A stretch of DNA of 64,000 nucleotides, taken from positions 8,375-72,374 of the forward strand of contig JBJEPP010000106.1 in the NCBI GenBank assembly GCA_051881295.1, read 5' to 3'. A program made the position numbers and the translations under genes. Below, piece after piece: positions 10,193-20,956 of the stretch (position 1 is its first letter; each line of letters opens with the position of its first letter). The notes below the pieces were generated by a model that saw only the letters and a program-made list of their open reading frames with translations, had not been told where the DNA came from and ran no database searches. This DNA comes from Acutalibacteraceae bacterium. GTDB taxonomy: Bacteria; Bacillota; Clostridia; Oscillospirales; Acutalibacteraceae.

Positions 10193-10918
10193 CTAATAAC
10201 GCGTCATTTTTTCAATATCCTTCTTCAGCTTAAGTATTATCCTTTTTTCGAGCCTTGAAATGTAACTTTGAGAAATGCCTAAAATATCAGCTACTTCTTT
10301 TTGGGTATGCTCTCTTTTACCGTCCATACCGAATCGCATATTCATAATAAGCCGTTCCCTTTTTGATAAGTCATTCATACAGGTATACAGAATTCTTCTT
10401 TCATCCTCCCCCTCTATATTATCATTTATTTCAAGTCCGTCTGTGCCTAAAACATCTGATAAAAGAAGCTCGTTTCCGTCCCAGTCAACATTCAAAGGTT
10501 CATCTAATGAAATATCTGTTTTTTGTTGATTTATTTTTCTTAAATACATTAAAATTTCATTTTCTACACACCTTGAAGCATAGGTTGCAAGCTTTATATT
10601 TTTATCTGCTTTAAATGTATTTACGGCTTTTATAAGACCGATAGTGCCTATAGAAACTAAATCTTCTATATTAACTCCCGAATTTTCAAACTTTTTGGCT
10701 ATGTAAACAACGAGGCGCAAATTATGCTCTACAAGGGTATCTCTCGCCTTTTTGTCACCCTCGCCTAAAAGCTTAGTCAGTCTTTCTTCCTCTTCCTTAG
10801 AAAGGGGCGGCGGTAATGTTTGCGGGCTGTTTACATAATACAAAGGGTTTAAGGTAATTTCACCCATCAGATTTGCTTTTAAAAATTTCAACTTAATCAG
10901 TATTTTCCACATACTCAT
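10193..10918 (-). CDS. sigE: sporulation sigma factor, pro-sigma-E
   Basis: Lies immediately downstream of spoIIGA. Pro-sequence plus [43 protein letters not shown] and [18 protein letters not shown] match SigE. The alternative ATG at 10912 has better SD spacing. Confidence 0.85.
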   Translation of the reverse strand: MSMWKILIKLKFLKANLMGEITLNPLYYVNSPQTLPPPLSKEEEERLTKLLGEGDKKARDTLVEHNLRLVVYIAKKFENSGVNIEDLVSIGTIGLIKAVNTFKADKNIKLATYASRCVENEILMYLRKINQQKTDISLDEPLNVDWDGNELLLSDVLGTDGLEINDNIEGEDERRILYTCMNDLSKRERLIMNMRFGMDGKREHTQKEVADILGISQSYISRLEKRIILKLKKDIEKMTRY

Positions 10919-11783
10919 TCTCTCCCATCAATAACTTATTATTTAAAAGAGCTTTATACTCACCGTTTGAAAGCTTTGTTTTTGTAACGCCGACAGCGCA
11001 AAAATCTGTTTTATATGTATTGTTTCTGTTTTTGATTTTAACCGCATCGGGCAAAAAGCAAGTTAAAAGCGAACTGCCGCCTAAACTGTTACACGGCACA
11101 AGTCTTATGCGTTTGGTTAAAGAATCCGGCACATTTTCTATATCTCCGTTATTAAAAAACAGCACCTCTTGGCGGGTGAATAACGGAGCAACGCCGCTTA
11201 GTTCGCATATAATAACAGGTCTGCCGGAAATACCGTCTGTTAAACCGTTGCCGGTATCAAACAAAGCCGGCAAAGTAACCTCTGTTCCGTTATAAAATAC
11301 AGTAAGATTACATATATTATTGCTGTTCATTTTAGAAGATAAAAGATAATTACAAATTAAGAATAACCCGTAAACACAAAGCACACTTCCCACTAAAAAC
11401 ATCATACTCATATCAAAATAAACCACACCGTTTACATATTGAATTTTTTGATGCTTAAAGGTAATCTCTATAAAATACATTACTCCGCCGAACAGAATGT
11501 TTACACCCCAGAACAGTAAAAATTCTTTCAAAAAAACTTGAATAGATTTAGGTGTAAAGCCCAAAAGCACAATAATCGCACTTGTAACGATTTTATATGC
11601 AACAGATAAAACAATCGGTATTTCATTAACAAATATTATAAGAGAACTAAGTCCGCCTAAAAATGATGCTAACGCAATAAGGTATTTATTTGTAGGTATT
11701 TTAAGAAATAACCTTACTGATACTAAAAAAATATATGTAAAACATATATTGAGTGCTACTAACACATCTGCGTAAACAGTCAC
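10893..11783 (-). CDS. spoIIGA: sigma-E processing aspartic peptidase SpoIIGA
   Basis: N-terminal TM helices plus catalytic FDTGNGLTD motif, upstream of sigE. GTG start at 11783 is preceded by GAGGGTGA ([12 protein letters not shown]...). Confidence 0.8.
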   Translation of the reverse strand: MTVYADVLVALNICFTYIFLVSVRLFLKIPTNKYLIALASFLGGLSSLIIFVNEIPIVLSVAYKIVTSAIIVLLGFTPKSIQVFLKEFLLFWGVNILFGGVMYFIEITFKHQKIQYVNGVVYFDMSMMFLVGSVLCVYGLFLICNYLLSSKMNSNNICNLTVFYNGTEVTLPALFDTGNGLTDGISGRPVIICELSGVAPLFTRQEVLFFNNGDIENVPDSLTKRIRLVPCNSLGGSSLLTCFLPDAVKIKNRNNTYKTDFCAVGVTKTKLSNGEYKALLNNKLLMGENEYVENTD

Positions 11784-11812
11784 ATAATCACCCTCACACG
11801 CTCTGTATATCA

Positions 11813-11860
11813 ATTATAAGATTATTAAGTTAAGAGTTTTGTCGATGTGTGACAGACAAA
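11813..11860 (-). promoter_or_regulatory. spoIIG-type promoter with candidate Spo0A boxes
   Basis: On the minus strand: TATAAT (11813-11818), then a -35-like TCGACA about 21 nt upstream, overlapped by TTTGTCGA. A second inverted TTTGTC half-site is present. The long-spacer architecture resembles B. subtilis spoIIG. Confidence 0.45.
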
Positions 11861-11900
11861 AAAATAAAAACAGTTGGCTGAATTTTTGCTCAGTCAACTG
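11856..11900 (-). terminator. intrinsic terminator of the peptidoglycan hydrolase gene
   Basis: Minus strand: CAGTTGACTGA-loop-TCAGCCAACTG followed by TTTTTATTTTTTT. Confidence 0.65.
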
Positions 11901-11919
11901 TTTTGTTATTATGTATGTA

Positions 11920-14346
11920 TTATTTATATGCAGATTTTAAAGCTGCGCGAGTGCCTGAACCTACAATACCGTCTACATCTAAAGAATTATCTGCCTGAAA
12001 CTTTTTAACGGCAGCAAGTGTTGTAGGGCCGAAATCGCCGTCTATATCATTGTTTGTTAAGTAACCTAATTTGTAAAGATACCATTGCAACCACTTAACA
12101 GACTCACCGCTGCTGCCTTGACTTAAAGTAGATGTAGGCTCTGCGTAAGGGCAAGCCTCTGAAGTACCCGCCAACTTAATATAATCTTTGTGACCGTAGC
12201 CGGTATAAGAAGTTCCGTTTAATGTGAACGATACTTTGTAAAAATCACCGCTTGTTCCCAAAATTGTTACAACGGTATTTTTCGGAGCTTGTACCACTAC
12301 ATCTGCCGAGGTGCTCGCACTTTTTCTTATGTTCAGCAAATCTGCCGTAACTATACCTTTTTGAGTAGCAGTGCCTTTTGTGGTGGTGCTGACTGCACTT
12401 GAATAATCCGAATAAATGTTTTGCGAGCAACTGACATAAGCTCTGACCTTGTAGCTGTACTTTGTACCGCTGTCTACTGTTTTATCGGTATACGAATTGG
12501 CAGCAGGTGTACCGATTTTTGAATATGCACAGGTTATATTGTCATATCTGTAAATAACATATTTAGCACCGGTTACGGCATTCCAACTGAGCGATACAGA
12601 TGTTTCGGTAACTGTGCCGACTTTAAGACCTGTGGGTGCATCAGGAGCCGCCAAAAATTCATAAGCATCGTAATAAGAAGAATACACAACCGTACCGTCA
12701 GCCTTTTTGTAATATGCTCTAACTCTGTATTTATTGGCTACCGTCTGGCTGACGCTTGTATCGGTATAAGAAAGGCCTGTTGTAGTATTTACTTTCTCGT
12801 ATTTCTTATCGGTTGAGTTATATTTATACACCTGATATGCATCTGCTCCTGCAACCTCGTCCCAAGACATTGTTATAGATGAAGTTGTCGCTTTTGCGGT
12901 AACAACCGGTTTTGTTGCTTTAAATGCGTCTTCGCGGGTCAGGTCTGCATTTGGCATATTCTTAAATACAGGAATAGAAAACACTTTTTTAGTTTCTAAT
13001 ATGCCTGCCGATTTGTATGCTTTATATGATGAATAAGCCTCAGACGCGGCGGCGCGAACATTTCCCATATATTCATGGCCGTAAAGACTGGGGGACTTAG
13101 GATTTACATTGAACTTTTGCAGATAACCGGTAAATTGGTATTCCGAAAATCCGTCATAAATATACTGTGCGCCGTAATAAATTGATTTGGCAGGCGTATC
13201 CCACGGTCTGCCGTAAGAAGTATAAACAGATGTTGAACCTTTCGGCACATATCCGGTATACGATTTACTGTTAACCGTGGCTTTTACATGATAATAATCT
13301 CCGCTTGCCTTGATGTAGTAAAGCTCTGTACCGCTTGGAACAGTCACTACCTTTGTTCCTGTTGAAGACGCACTGTTAAGCATATTTACATTCTTAGAAG
13401 CTTTAAGGTAACCGTTTGCCCACTGCAAGCCGTCTTTAACGCCGGTGTATGCACCGATATTATAATAGTTATAAATACCGTTATACGGTGAATTTGTGCC
13501 GCTCGCACCGCCTGCCGTAGCACTTGAACCGCCAACCTCCTGCACTATTTTAGACGCAAGGTAATACGCACTCATACCTGTTTCTTTGGCAGTTTTAAGT
13601 ATGTATGCAGAGTATTTTACCTTTGAGCCGTTTTCTGTAAATGTTTTGCTGTTACCTAAAGCGTCCACATAAGTAATATATGAATTTGCCATCCATGTAT
13701 TTTTCAATATCGCTTCAATACCTGATTGCGTCTGAGAACTGTCGTACGCAGTACTTTCAAATTGGAATATGTATTCAGGTGTCAGAAAGTTTCTTGGATC
13801 CATATAATAGGCAACTGCTTCTTCGGAAGCGCTTACCCAGTTGCTTGCCTCCTGAATAACGCCTTTACAACTGCTGCAAGAACACATAAACGAAGCTTTA
13901 ACGCTGTTTTCAATTAACTGCTGAGAATGCGGTGTGCGTTCTTCTTTTAGCACGGTTGGCCAATTAAGGCCTGTAATAAACGGTTCAAACTCCCACTCGG
14001 GGTACTGAATATGAAGCTCTGCCAAGTACTCTGCATACGATATAGGAAAGCCTTTTTTTACAAGGCTCGTTATATAAGCGTTAATATCTACTGCATCTGT
14101 TAAAATAGCATTTACATCAGAAACAGATACTATTCCGTCTCCGTCAATATCTGCCGCGGCTTTTTGACTTGCAGTCGGTTTTGATATATTCGAAGCAAAA
14201 CGCAACGCAAGGCGTGCATCATCGGTAGTAAGCACGCCGTCACCGTTTACATCGCCGAAAATATCTTCAGCGTATACTGACGGTATTAACATAATTACAA
14301 TAAAGCATATTAAAGTTATAGAGATAAGTTTTGAAAATCTTTTCAT
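11920..14346 (-). CDS. secreted multidomain peptidoglycan hydrolase: signal peptide, dockerin, glucosaminidase-like domain, SH3, 2x FN3, SH3, PG_binding_1
   Basis: Dockerin repeats DVNGDGVLTTDDARLALR / DIDGDGIVSVSDVN. YYMDPRNFL...IFQFE glucosaminidase-type region. Two SxSWxxVxGAxxY FN3 modules. C-terminal SSGESVKWLQWYLYKLGY...DGDFGPTTLAAVKKFQ. Start set at MKRFSKLISITL (14346). Confidence 0.75.
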   Translation of the reverse strand: MKRFSKLISITLICFIVIMLIPSVYAEDIFGDVNGDGVLTTDDARLALRFASNISKPTASQKAAADIDGDGIVSVSDVNAILTDAVDINAYITSLVKKGFPISYAEYLAELHIQYPEWEFEPFITGLNWPTVLKEERTPHSQQLIENSVKASFMCSCSSCKGVIQEASNWVSASEEAVAYYMDPRNFLTPEYIFQFESTAYDSSQTQSGIEAILKNTWMANSYITYVDALGNSKTFTENGSKVKYSAYILKTAKETGMSAYYLASKIVQEVGGSSATAGGASGTNSPYNGIYNYYNIGAYTGVKDGLQWANGYLKASKNVNMLNSASSTGTKVVTVPSGTELYYIKASGDYYHVKATVNSKSYTGYVPKGSTSVYTSYGRPWDTPAKSIYYGAQYIYDGFSEYQFTGYLQKFNVNPKSPSLYGHEYMGNVRAAASEAYSSYKAYKSAGILETKKVFSIPVFKNMPNADLTREDAFKATKPVVTAKATTSSITMSWDEVAGADAYQVYKYNSTDKKYEKVNTTTGLSYTDTSVSQTVANKYRVRAYYKKADGTVVYSSYYDAYEFLAAPDAPTGLKVGTVTETSVSLSWNAVTGAKYVIYRYDNITCAYSKIGTPAANSYTDKTVDSGTKYSYKVRAYVSCSQNIYSDYSSAVSTTTKGTATQKGIVTADLLNIRKSASTSADVVVQAPKNTVVTILGTSGDFYKVSFTLNGTSYTGYGHKDYIKLAGTSEACPYAEPTSTLSQGSSGESVKWLQWYLYKLGYLTNNDIDGDFGPTTLAAVKKFQADNSLDVDGIVGSGTRAALKSAYK

Positions 14347-14509
14347 ATATGTACCTTTAAATTTTAAATATATATCCATTTTATCATATAATAAACATCG
14401 CTTTTTTCTTTTATAGAATTAAATCTTAAGATTTCGTTAAAACAGCCTAAGATACAGACGGGGTTGTAAAGAACAAAACAGCCCTTACAACCCCTCTTTT
14501 AACCGTTTA

Positions 14510-15289
14510 TTAAATTGTTAAGTAATCGTCTTGGAATGTATCTATTCCATAACCTTTTTCATTATAAACCGAGCGTGCGTTTTCCAATTGATTTGCTATA
14601 ATCCTTGTTTTTTCATATTCTTCACTTGACTTTTTGTTATAATATACAGATACGCTCACAAACATAATAAACAGGAACAGATAGCTCAGAACACTCAGGG
14701 CATGCAATATTTGACCGTCAGAAAAGAACTCGGTTATTGCACTTGTGCCGCCCCCCGAATATTTACACAGAAAATAATTAAAGAACTTAAATATATTGTA
14801 AATCGCCCCTGTTGCAACCGCACTAAGCGTAAACGGTAAAAGTGAATAAGTCTTTTTATCTCTTATTATATACCACACGCTTACTGTGAAAAATACAAAT
14901 CCGTAAGATAAAACCGTACCGAGCAAGCTCAAAATTATTCTGTTAACACTTCCTGAGAATGTGCCGGCAGGAACTTTTAACATCTGATTTTGTAAAACAG
15001 GCTTCAGAAAGTTGTAAATGAAAGTTAAAACCAAAAGCAATTTAAATTTACCCGTAACGCTTTTAGCTTTTCTGTTTCTCTCTCTTTTATAGCCTAAGCC
15101 CTCACCGTTAAAAGCTACATAGGCAAAGAACAATACTATATACAGTAAAAAATTTGAAAGGCTGTTACCGAAGCTTTCAACGCTTTTTATTCCAAAGTCA
15201 CCTAACAAAATAAGAAAATTTGATATAAGAAGAAGCACAGACATTACTGCTAATATTTTAGCAGAATTAGAAAAGTATGTTTTTTTCAC
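14510..15289 (-). CDS. hypothetical polytopic membrane protein
   Basis: 259-aa ORF with about 6 hydrophobic helices. No family recognised. Confidence 0.5.
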   Translation of the reverse strand: MKKTYFSNSAKILAVMSVLLLISNFLILLGDFGIKSVESFGNSLSNFLLYIVLFFAYVAFNGEGLGYKRERNRKAKSVTGKFKLLLVLTFIYNFLKPVLQNQMLKVPAGTFSGSVNRIILSLLGTVLSYGFVFFTVSVWYIIRDKKTYSLLPFTLSAVATGAIYNIFKFFNYFLCKYSGGGTSAITEFFSDGQILHALSVLSYLFLFIMFVSVSVYYNKKSSEEYEKTRIIANQLENARSVYNEKGYGIDTFQDDYLTI

Positions 15290-15310
15290 TTTGCAGCCTC
15301 CTTTATCTAT

Positions 15311-15346
15311 ATAAAATTCGGTGGTACATTAACAAGTACCACCGAA
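15311..15346 (-). terminator. intrinsic terminator of the symporter gene
   Basis: Minus strand: TTCGGTGGTAC-loop-GTACCACCGAA followed by TTTTAT. Confidence 0.65.
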
Positions 15347-15352
15347 AAATGC

Positions 15353-16924
15353 TTATTTTTTATCGCCGACTGAAAGTTGCTGTTTAGCAAGCTTTTCCAT
15401 TGCTTCTTTATCGCCTGACATAGCAAGCTTAGATGCTTCTTTACGGCGGGCAAGAAGCTCTGCATACATTTTTTCTCTCTTTTCACCTGTAAGGTCATAG
15501 AAAAGAATAGGAATAATACCGAGAAGACCTGTTGCAGAAGAAATAACAGTTGCCATTGCAAAAAGGCCGTGTTTAGTTTCATCAGTCTGAGCAGTACCGC
15601 GAGTGTAAGAAGTAATATCGTAACCGATAAGCCTCTTAACCTGGAGTGATAATGTAGAACTGATAACTCTTGCAAGTTTAGATGCAAGACCTTTAGCAAC
15701 AGAAGTCATAGCCTCTGTACGGTAGCCGTTCTTCCATTCGCAATAGTCCATAGATTCATTGTACATTTCACTTGGAATAACTCTGCGAACACCGTAGAAT
15801 ATCATAAAGATTACTTCTTTAAGTGCAAGAATAACAAACATCGGACCAACCTTTTTATAAATACCGTTATGTTTACCGCCAATCATACCGATAAAGTAAA
15901 CAGCAATATCTAAGAAGCAACCGATATATTTACCCATGATGTAGAGGAATCTTGTAGAGAAGTGTCTTCTGAACCACGGAACAAAGTAGAACGCAAACGG
16001 ATTAACAATAGCGCCCGGAATACCTGCAACAAGAGTCATAGAAGCAAAGTTAAGAACATCAATGTAGTAGTCGTTCATACTGCCGCCTAAACTGAAGCTG
16101 CTGAGAGTTTCAGAAAGCGTAAGCAAGAGAATAGGTTTATTGTTAACGATTGATTTAATACCCTGTAATACACTTGGTGTTTCAACAGACTGCATAACTC
16201 TTTCACGGGTCATTACACAGAAAATGAGCGCAGCCACACCTGAAACTATAGTACAGAAGTTACCCATAAACATAAATACGGATTTGTAAGATAGGTTAAT
16301 AACCTTATTACCGATAAGGTCAAGAATAACCGTAGTTATCTGCTGAGGGAGTTTTTCACCAAGGAAGCCTGAGAAGAATTCCGCTGTTGTAATAAGCCTT
16401 GTACGGTCAACAGGGTGAGGCGTAATAGTCGCCAGCATACCCGTTTTGGCAACGGCTCTGAAGGTTTCGGCGCCTTCGCTGACAAGCTGGAGTATTAAAT
16501 ATGTAATAAATTTACCCGTATCCCTCGAGCCTTTTCCTTTAAAGAATACCGGCATTAACCAATATCCGCAGGTAATCATGGTACAGGGAATACCGAGAGC
16601 AACAAGGTACGGTTTAAACTTACCCCAACGGGTGCGGGTTTTTTCAACAATAGCAGCAGTAAAAACGTCGTTAACAACGTCCCATATACCGTTGATAAAG
16701 TTAACAATGGTTTGATAGTTTAAGTCAACCTGAAGAATAGTTGTAATAAAACGGGACTGAAATGTGTTGATATTGAAGCTTTGGCACATATCGTAAATAA
16801 CATACCAAACTGTTTCTTTCATACCGACATACCGTCTGTTTTCATAGACATACTCACGGGAAGCGGCGTCTATTTCCGTCTCGTTTACAATATCTTCATT
16901 GACTACTGGTGTATTGTCTGCCAA
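15353..16924 (-). CDS. glycoside-pentoside-hexuronide (GPH)/MFS family cation symporter
   Basis: 12-TM profile and a GPH-type loop (EKTRTRWGKFKPYLV). Start placed at TTG 16924, 6 nt after GGAGGTG. The ORF-track N-terminal 45 aa run into the promoter region. Confidence 0.7.
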   Translation of the reverse strand: MADNTPVVNEDIVNETEIDAASREYVYENRRYVGMKETVWYVIYDMCQSFNINTFQSRFITTILQVDLNYQTIVNFINGIWDVVNDVFTAAIVEKTRTRWGKFKPYLVALGIPCTMITCGYWLMPVFFKGKGSRDTGKFITYLILQLVSEGAETFRAVAKTGMLATITPHPVDRTRLITTAEFFSGFLGEKLPQQITTVILDLIGNKVINLSYKSVFMFMGNFCTIVSGVAALIFCVMTRERVMQSVETPSVLQGIKSIVNNKPILLLTLSETLSSFSLGGSMNDYYIDVLNFASMTLVAGIPGAIVNPFAFYFVPWFRRHFSTRFLYIMGKYIGCFLDIAVYFIGMIGGKHNGIYKKVGPMFVILALKEVIFMIFYGVRRVIPSEMYNESMDYCEWKNGYRTEAMTSVAKGLASKLARVISSTLSLQVKRLIGYDITSYTRGTAQTDETKHGLFAMATVISSATGLLGIIPILFYDLTGEKREKMYAELLARRKEASKLAMSGDKEAMEKLAKQQLSVGDKK

Positions 16925-16996
16925 AAAAGACACCTCCACGATGTGTAATAGTACAAAGTGCAAAAAAACACAGTGCACTACAATAGTGATAGAGGA

Positions 16997-17025
16997 ATTA
17001 TAGCACAAAAGAAAGACCTTTGCAA
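16997..17025 (-). promoter_or_regulatory. sigma-A type promoter of the symporter gene
   Basis: Minus strand: TTGCAA, 17-nt spacer, (TGc)TATAAT. Confidence 0.6.
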
Positions 17026-17254
17026 CAACAAAAAACAGAAAAAAGCCGCTATTTTTCAAGCTTGTATACTGTTACAATTATATCCCTTTAAGTTTGGTTA
17101 TTTTTACTAATTTAAAATTATTTTCCATTTTTTGAGGTAGGGTGATACTGTTTAAAACTTCATATAAATTCCTTACAATAAAACGCCCTGCCTACTCTAT
17201 TTTAGGAGCAGACAGAGCCTTTTTACCGGTATTCTGTTTTGACGGACAATTCAA

Positions 17255-17998
17255 TTATAATATCTTACCCAGAAATGATTTAAGGCGTTCGCTTTTCGGA
17301 TTGCCGAATACTTCCTCAGGAGTGCCGTCTTCGTCAATTTTACCGCTGTCAATGAAAATAACACGGGAAGCAACCTCTTTGGCAAAGCCCATTTCGTGAG
17401 TAACAACAACCATTGTCATACCATAGGCGGCTAATTCTTTCATAACATCGAGAACCTCGCCAACCATTTCGGGGTCCAAAGCCGATGTAGGCTCATCAAA
17501 AAGCATAACATCCGGATTCATCGCCAACGCCCTGACAATAGCAATTCTTTGTTTTTGACCGCCTGAAAGCTGTTGCGGATAAACATAAGCCTTATCCTGA
17601 AGACCTACACGCTCTAAAAGAGACATTGCTTTTTGCTCTGCCTCCGCTTTTGAAAGCTTTAAAAGATTTTTAGGAGCAAGAGTAATATTATCTATAATGT
17701 TAAGATTATTAAATAAATTAAACTGTTGAAAAACCATTCCCATTTTTTGTCTGTGAGCGTCAAGGTCTATTTTTTTATCGGTAATTTTGTCGCCCTCAAA
17801 ATAAATATCGCCTGATGTAGGTATTTCCAAAAGATTTAAAGAACGGAGAAATGTAGATTTACCGCAGCCCGAAGGGCCGATAACAACTACAACTTCGCCT
17901 TTTTTGATTTCACAGTTAATCCCGTCCAAGGCCTTAACCGTGCCTTTGTTGTAATGCTTTTTCAGGTTATCAACTTTGATAATAACATTATCGTTCAT
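17255..17998 (-). CDS. polar amino-acid ABC transporter, ATP-binding protein
   Basis: Walker [10 protein letters not shown], signature LSGGQKQR, Walker [12 protein letters not shown]. GlnQ-like. Confidence 0.9.
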   Translation of the reverse strand: MNDNVIIKVDNLKKHYNKGTVKALDGINCEIKKGEVVVVIGPSGCGKSTFLRSLNLLEIPTSGDIYFEGDKITDKKIDLDAHRQKMGMVFQQFNLFNNLNIIDNITLAPKNLLKLSKAEAEQKAMSLLERVGLQDKAYVYPQQLSGGQKQRIAIVRALAMNPDVMLFDEPTSALDPEMVGEVLDVMKELAAYGMTMVVVTHEMGFAKEVASRVIFIDSGKIDEDGTPEEVFGNPKSERLKSFLGKIL

Positions 17999-18719
17999 TC
18001 TGACGAAGCCTCCTTTCTAATATGCCTACACCCCGTGTGAGCACCATAACAAGTACAAGGTAAATAAGAGCAACTGCTATGAGAGGCATAAATGCAGAGA
18101 AGGTTCTGCCTCTGATGAGGTCGCCTGCTTTTGTTAAATCCATAATACCCACATAACCTGCAATAGAAGTCTCTTTAATAAGAACAATAAATTCGTTGCA
18201 TAGCGTAGGTAAAACTATTTTAAAAGCCTGCGGAATTACAATATGTCGCATGGTTTGAAGATAGTTAAAGCCAAGGCTTCTGCCCGCTTCAAACTGACCC
18301 TCATCAACCGACATAATACCGCTTCTGAAGATTTCTGCAACATACGCGCCGGAGTTGATACCAAAACATGCAATGGCAACCATAACACCGTTTGTAGCGC
18401 TTGCAAAAAAAATAAAGTAAAAAATAAGAAGCTGAACAACTGTAGGTGTGCCGCGAATTACTGTAAGGTAAACTTTACAAATACCGTTTAATACAGAAAG
18501 AACTATGTAACCAAAACCGCCGCGCACTTTCATAGATTCTTTGTTTTTGTCGTAAGTAGAGCGAATTGCCGCAATCACAATACCGATTACAACACCGATA
18601 AGAAGTGCTCCTGCCGTTATTTTAAGCGTATTAAAAAGACCTTCAACAAGCCATTTCCAACGGTCGCCTTCAACAAAGACAAATTTCAATTTGTCAATAA
18701 ACTCTGTAAAAAAATTCAT
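17988..18719 (-). CDS. polar amino-acid ABC transporter permease
   Basis: HisM/GlnP-type permease with an EAA-like loop ([15 protein letters not shown]). ATG at 18719 follows GAAAGGG. Confidence 0.85.
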   Translation of the reverse strand: MNFFTEFIDKLKFVFVEGDRWKWLVEGLFNTLKITAGALLIGVVIGIVIAAIRSTYDKNKESMKVRGGFGYIVLSVLNGICKVYLTVIRGTPTVVQLLIFYFIFFASATNGVMVAIACFGINSGAYVAEIFRSGIMSVDEGQFEAGRSLGFNYLQTMRHIVIPQAFKIVLPTLCNEFIVLIKETSIAGYVGIMDLTKAGDLIRGRTFSAFMPLIAVALIYLVLVMVLTRGVGILERRLRQNER

Positions 18720-18744
18720 TCTAAACCCTTTCACTTAAAACATA

Positions 18745-18770
18745 AAAGCAGGGCAGATACACTCTGCCCC
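18745..18770 (-). promoter_or_regulatory. intra-operon stem-loop between the binding-protein and permease genes
   Basis: GGGGCAGAG-loop-ATCTGCCC followed by a T-rich tract. Position is typical of a partial terminator or stabiliser after an SBP gene. Confidence 0.45.
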
Positions 18771-18791
18771 ACCAATATTTATAATTTGAAC

Positions 18792-19625
18792 TTATTCAGC
18801 AGGGATGTATTTAGCAATAATATCACCGATAGTGCCGTCTTCTGTAAGTTCTTTGAGAGCATTGTTGATTTTGTCAAGAAGCTCTGTGTTTTCTTTAGCT
18901 ATAGCAATAGCGTAGTCTTCTTCAACATAAGCACCCTCAAGAATTTTAAGACCTTCGTTTGACGCTACGAAAGATTTTGCCGGCTCGTTATCTATAATAA
19001 CTGCTGTAACTTTACCTGTTGAAAGAGCCTGAACAGCGTCTGCACCTGTTTTATAACGGATAACATTTTCTTCGCCGAAGCCCCATTTTTTGGGTAAAGA
19101 CGATGAGTAAATATCACCGGTTGTATCCTGCTGAACGCCGATTGTGATACCTTCTACAACGCCTGTGGGGTTGCCTTTATCATCAAAGCCTGTGTAGAAA
19201 TCTTCAAATGAAGTATATTTTGAATCCTCAGGAACGATAACAGACTGAACACCGTGAGCGTATGTGCTTGAGAAATTAACACTTTTGAGTCTGTCTTCGG
19301 TAATAGTCATACCTGCCATACCCATATCGTATTTGCCGGACTGAACACCGCCGATAATTGAGCCGAACTCTGTATCAATAATTTCAAGCTCCATATCAAG
19401 TTTTTTTGCAATAGCTTCTGCTATTTCAACATCAATACCTGCAAAAGCTTCGCCCTCTTTGTATTCATAAGGAGGGAATGCAGCGTTTGTAGCCATTACG
19501 AGTTTTGTTTTTGTGACTGCGTTTGTATCTGTATTATCCTCTGTTTTTGTTTCGCCGCATGCTGCAAATGAGAAGAGCATTGCAATTACTAATAATACAG
19601 AAGCAATTTTCATAAATTTTTTCAT
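18792..19625 (-). CDS. amino-acid ABC transporter substrate-binding lipoprotein
   Basis: Lipobox LFSFAAC after MKKFMKIASVLLVIAM. Family-3 SBP body. ATG at 19625 follows GAGG. Confidence 0.85.
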   Translation of the reverse strand: MKKFMKIASVLLVIAMLFSFAACGETKTEDNTDTNAVTKTKLVMATNAAFPPYEYKEGEAFAGIDVEIAEAIAKKLDMELEIIDTEFGSIIGGVQSGKYDMGMAGMTITEDRLKSVNFSSTYAHGVQSVIVPEDSKYTSFEDFYTGFDDKGNPTGVVEGITIGVQQDTTGDIYSSSLPKKWGFGEENVIRYKTGADAVQALSTGKVTAVIIDNEPAKSFVASNEGLKILEGAYVEEDYAIAIAKENTELLDKINNALKELTEDGTIGDIIAKYIPAE

Positions 19626-19855
19626 ATTGACAACCTCACTAAAATTATTTTTTCGGTTTAACCGAGAGTAATTATACAACGAAAAATAAGAAAATGCAAC
19701 TTATTTTATGTAAAAATATTCACAAATATACAGTAATTATTGCATAATTTTTCATTATTATAACAAATATGTTCGGTTTTTGTTAATTTTTAATATATAC
19801 AAACGCAATATTTTTTTGTATAATGAGTTTAACAAACAAACTTTTGGGAGGATAT

Positions 19856-20956
19856 ATGAAAAAAGCTTTATCTGTTGCGTTGGCAATTCTGCTCATAATT
19901 TCAGGTGCAACACAAGTATTCGCCGCAACTCTTGACAGTGCCTCTGCCCTTATGTATGAAGATAACGGGGACGGAACATGTACCGTAACAAGCTACCGAG
20001 ATTTTAAAAACGATTATGTTGTTATTCCGTCCACATTAGGCGGTCTTACGGTTACTAAAATCGGGGATAAGGCATTCCAGCAAAAAACCGCCTTGGAAAT
20101 CGTAAAAATCCCTGATACCGTCACAGAAATCGGCAATTACGCTTTTTACGGCTGCACAAAATTAAATTCGGTTGGCTTCGGCGCCGATTCGGCAATTAAA
20201 ACCATTGGCGACTATGCTTTTAACGGGTGTAAAAACTTAACGGATATAAATATAAGGAATGCAGAGTCAGTCGGAAAGCTGTGTTTTTACAACTGTGTAA
20301 ATCTTAACACTGTTACAAACTATAGTCTGAAAACCGTTGGTGAAAGAGCATTTTGGAAATGTGAACAACTTAACTTTTTCAGATTTAAAGAAACTTTAGA
20401 GGTAATTGAGGATTACGCGTTTTCGTACTGTATCGCACTTACAGAGCTTGTATTCCCCGACAGCTTACGAAAAATCGGCAACAGTGCATTTTCAAACTGC
20501 ACGGCTGTTACCTCTGTCACATTCGGCGAGGGTGAATTGGAAATAGGCAATTACGCTTTTGAAAACTGCACCTCGCTTACCGAGGTTACTATACCTAAAG
20601 GCGTAACGGCAATAGGCACACACGCATTTTCTTACAGAGAGCCGGACAGCACAGAATTTGTTCCGGGAATAAAAATAAACTGCTACCTGGAATCTGTGGG
20701 TGTTACTTACGCTATAAAGACAGGCGCTCCTGTTTATATTATTGATTTGGACAAAACAGTAGAAAACTTTGGTGATTTTGACGGCAACGGCAAGGTTGAT
20801 ACCCTTGACGCACGCAAAGCCTTAAAGCATGCCTCTGCAACAGAGATTTACGAAATAACCGATGAAACGCTCTTGCTTTGCGATTTTGACAGAGACGGCA
20901 CTATCAGCGTTTATGATGTAAACCTCATATTGCAAAAAGTCTCGGGCATTAAGTAG
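19856..20956 (+). CDS. leucine-rich-repeat (BspA-type) surface protein with C-terminal dockerin
   Basis: Signal peptide MKKALSVALAILLIISG. Repeated IGxxAFxxCxxLxxV units. C-terminal DFDGNGKVDTLDARKAL / DFDRDGTISVYDVNLIL. ATG at 19856 follows GGGAGG. Confidence 0.8.
   Translation: MKKALSVALAILLIISGATQVFAATLDSASALMYEDNGDGTCTVTSYRDFKNDYVVIPSTLGGLTVTKIGDKAFQQKTALEIVKIPDTVTEIGNYAFYGCTKLNSVGFGADSAIKTIGDYAFNGCKNLTDINIRNAESVGKLCFYNCVNLNTVTNYSLKTVGERAFWKCEQLNFFRFKETLEVIEDYAFSYCIALTELVFPDSLRKIGNSAFSNCTAVTSVTFGEGELEIGNYAFENCTSLTEVTIPKGVTAIGTHAFSYREPDSTEFVPGIKINCYLESVGVTYAIKTGAPVYIIDLDKTVENFGDFDGNGKVDTLDARKALKHASATEIYEITDETLLLCDFDRDGTISVYDVNLILQKVSGIK

Noticed and set aside
15307-15699. 130-aa alternative-frame ORF at the 3' end of the symporter gene
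   Set aside because: It is on the same strand but out of frame with a 12-TM transporter CDS. The Leu/Gln-rich sequence is an off-frame artefact, and the ORF runs through the terminator.
16925-17059. 45-aa N-terminal extension of the symporter ORF in the track
   Set aside because: The extension covers the mapped TTGCAA/TATAAT promoter and leader. A GGAGGTG SD sits just before the TTG at 16924.
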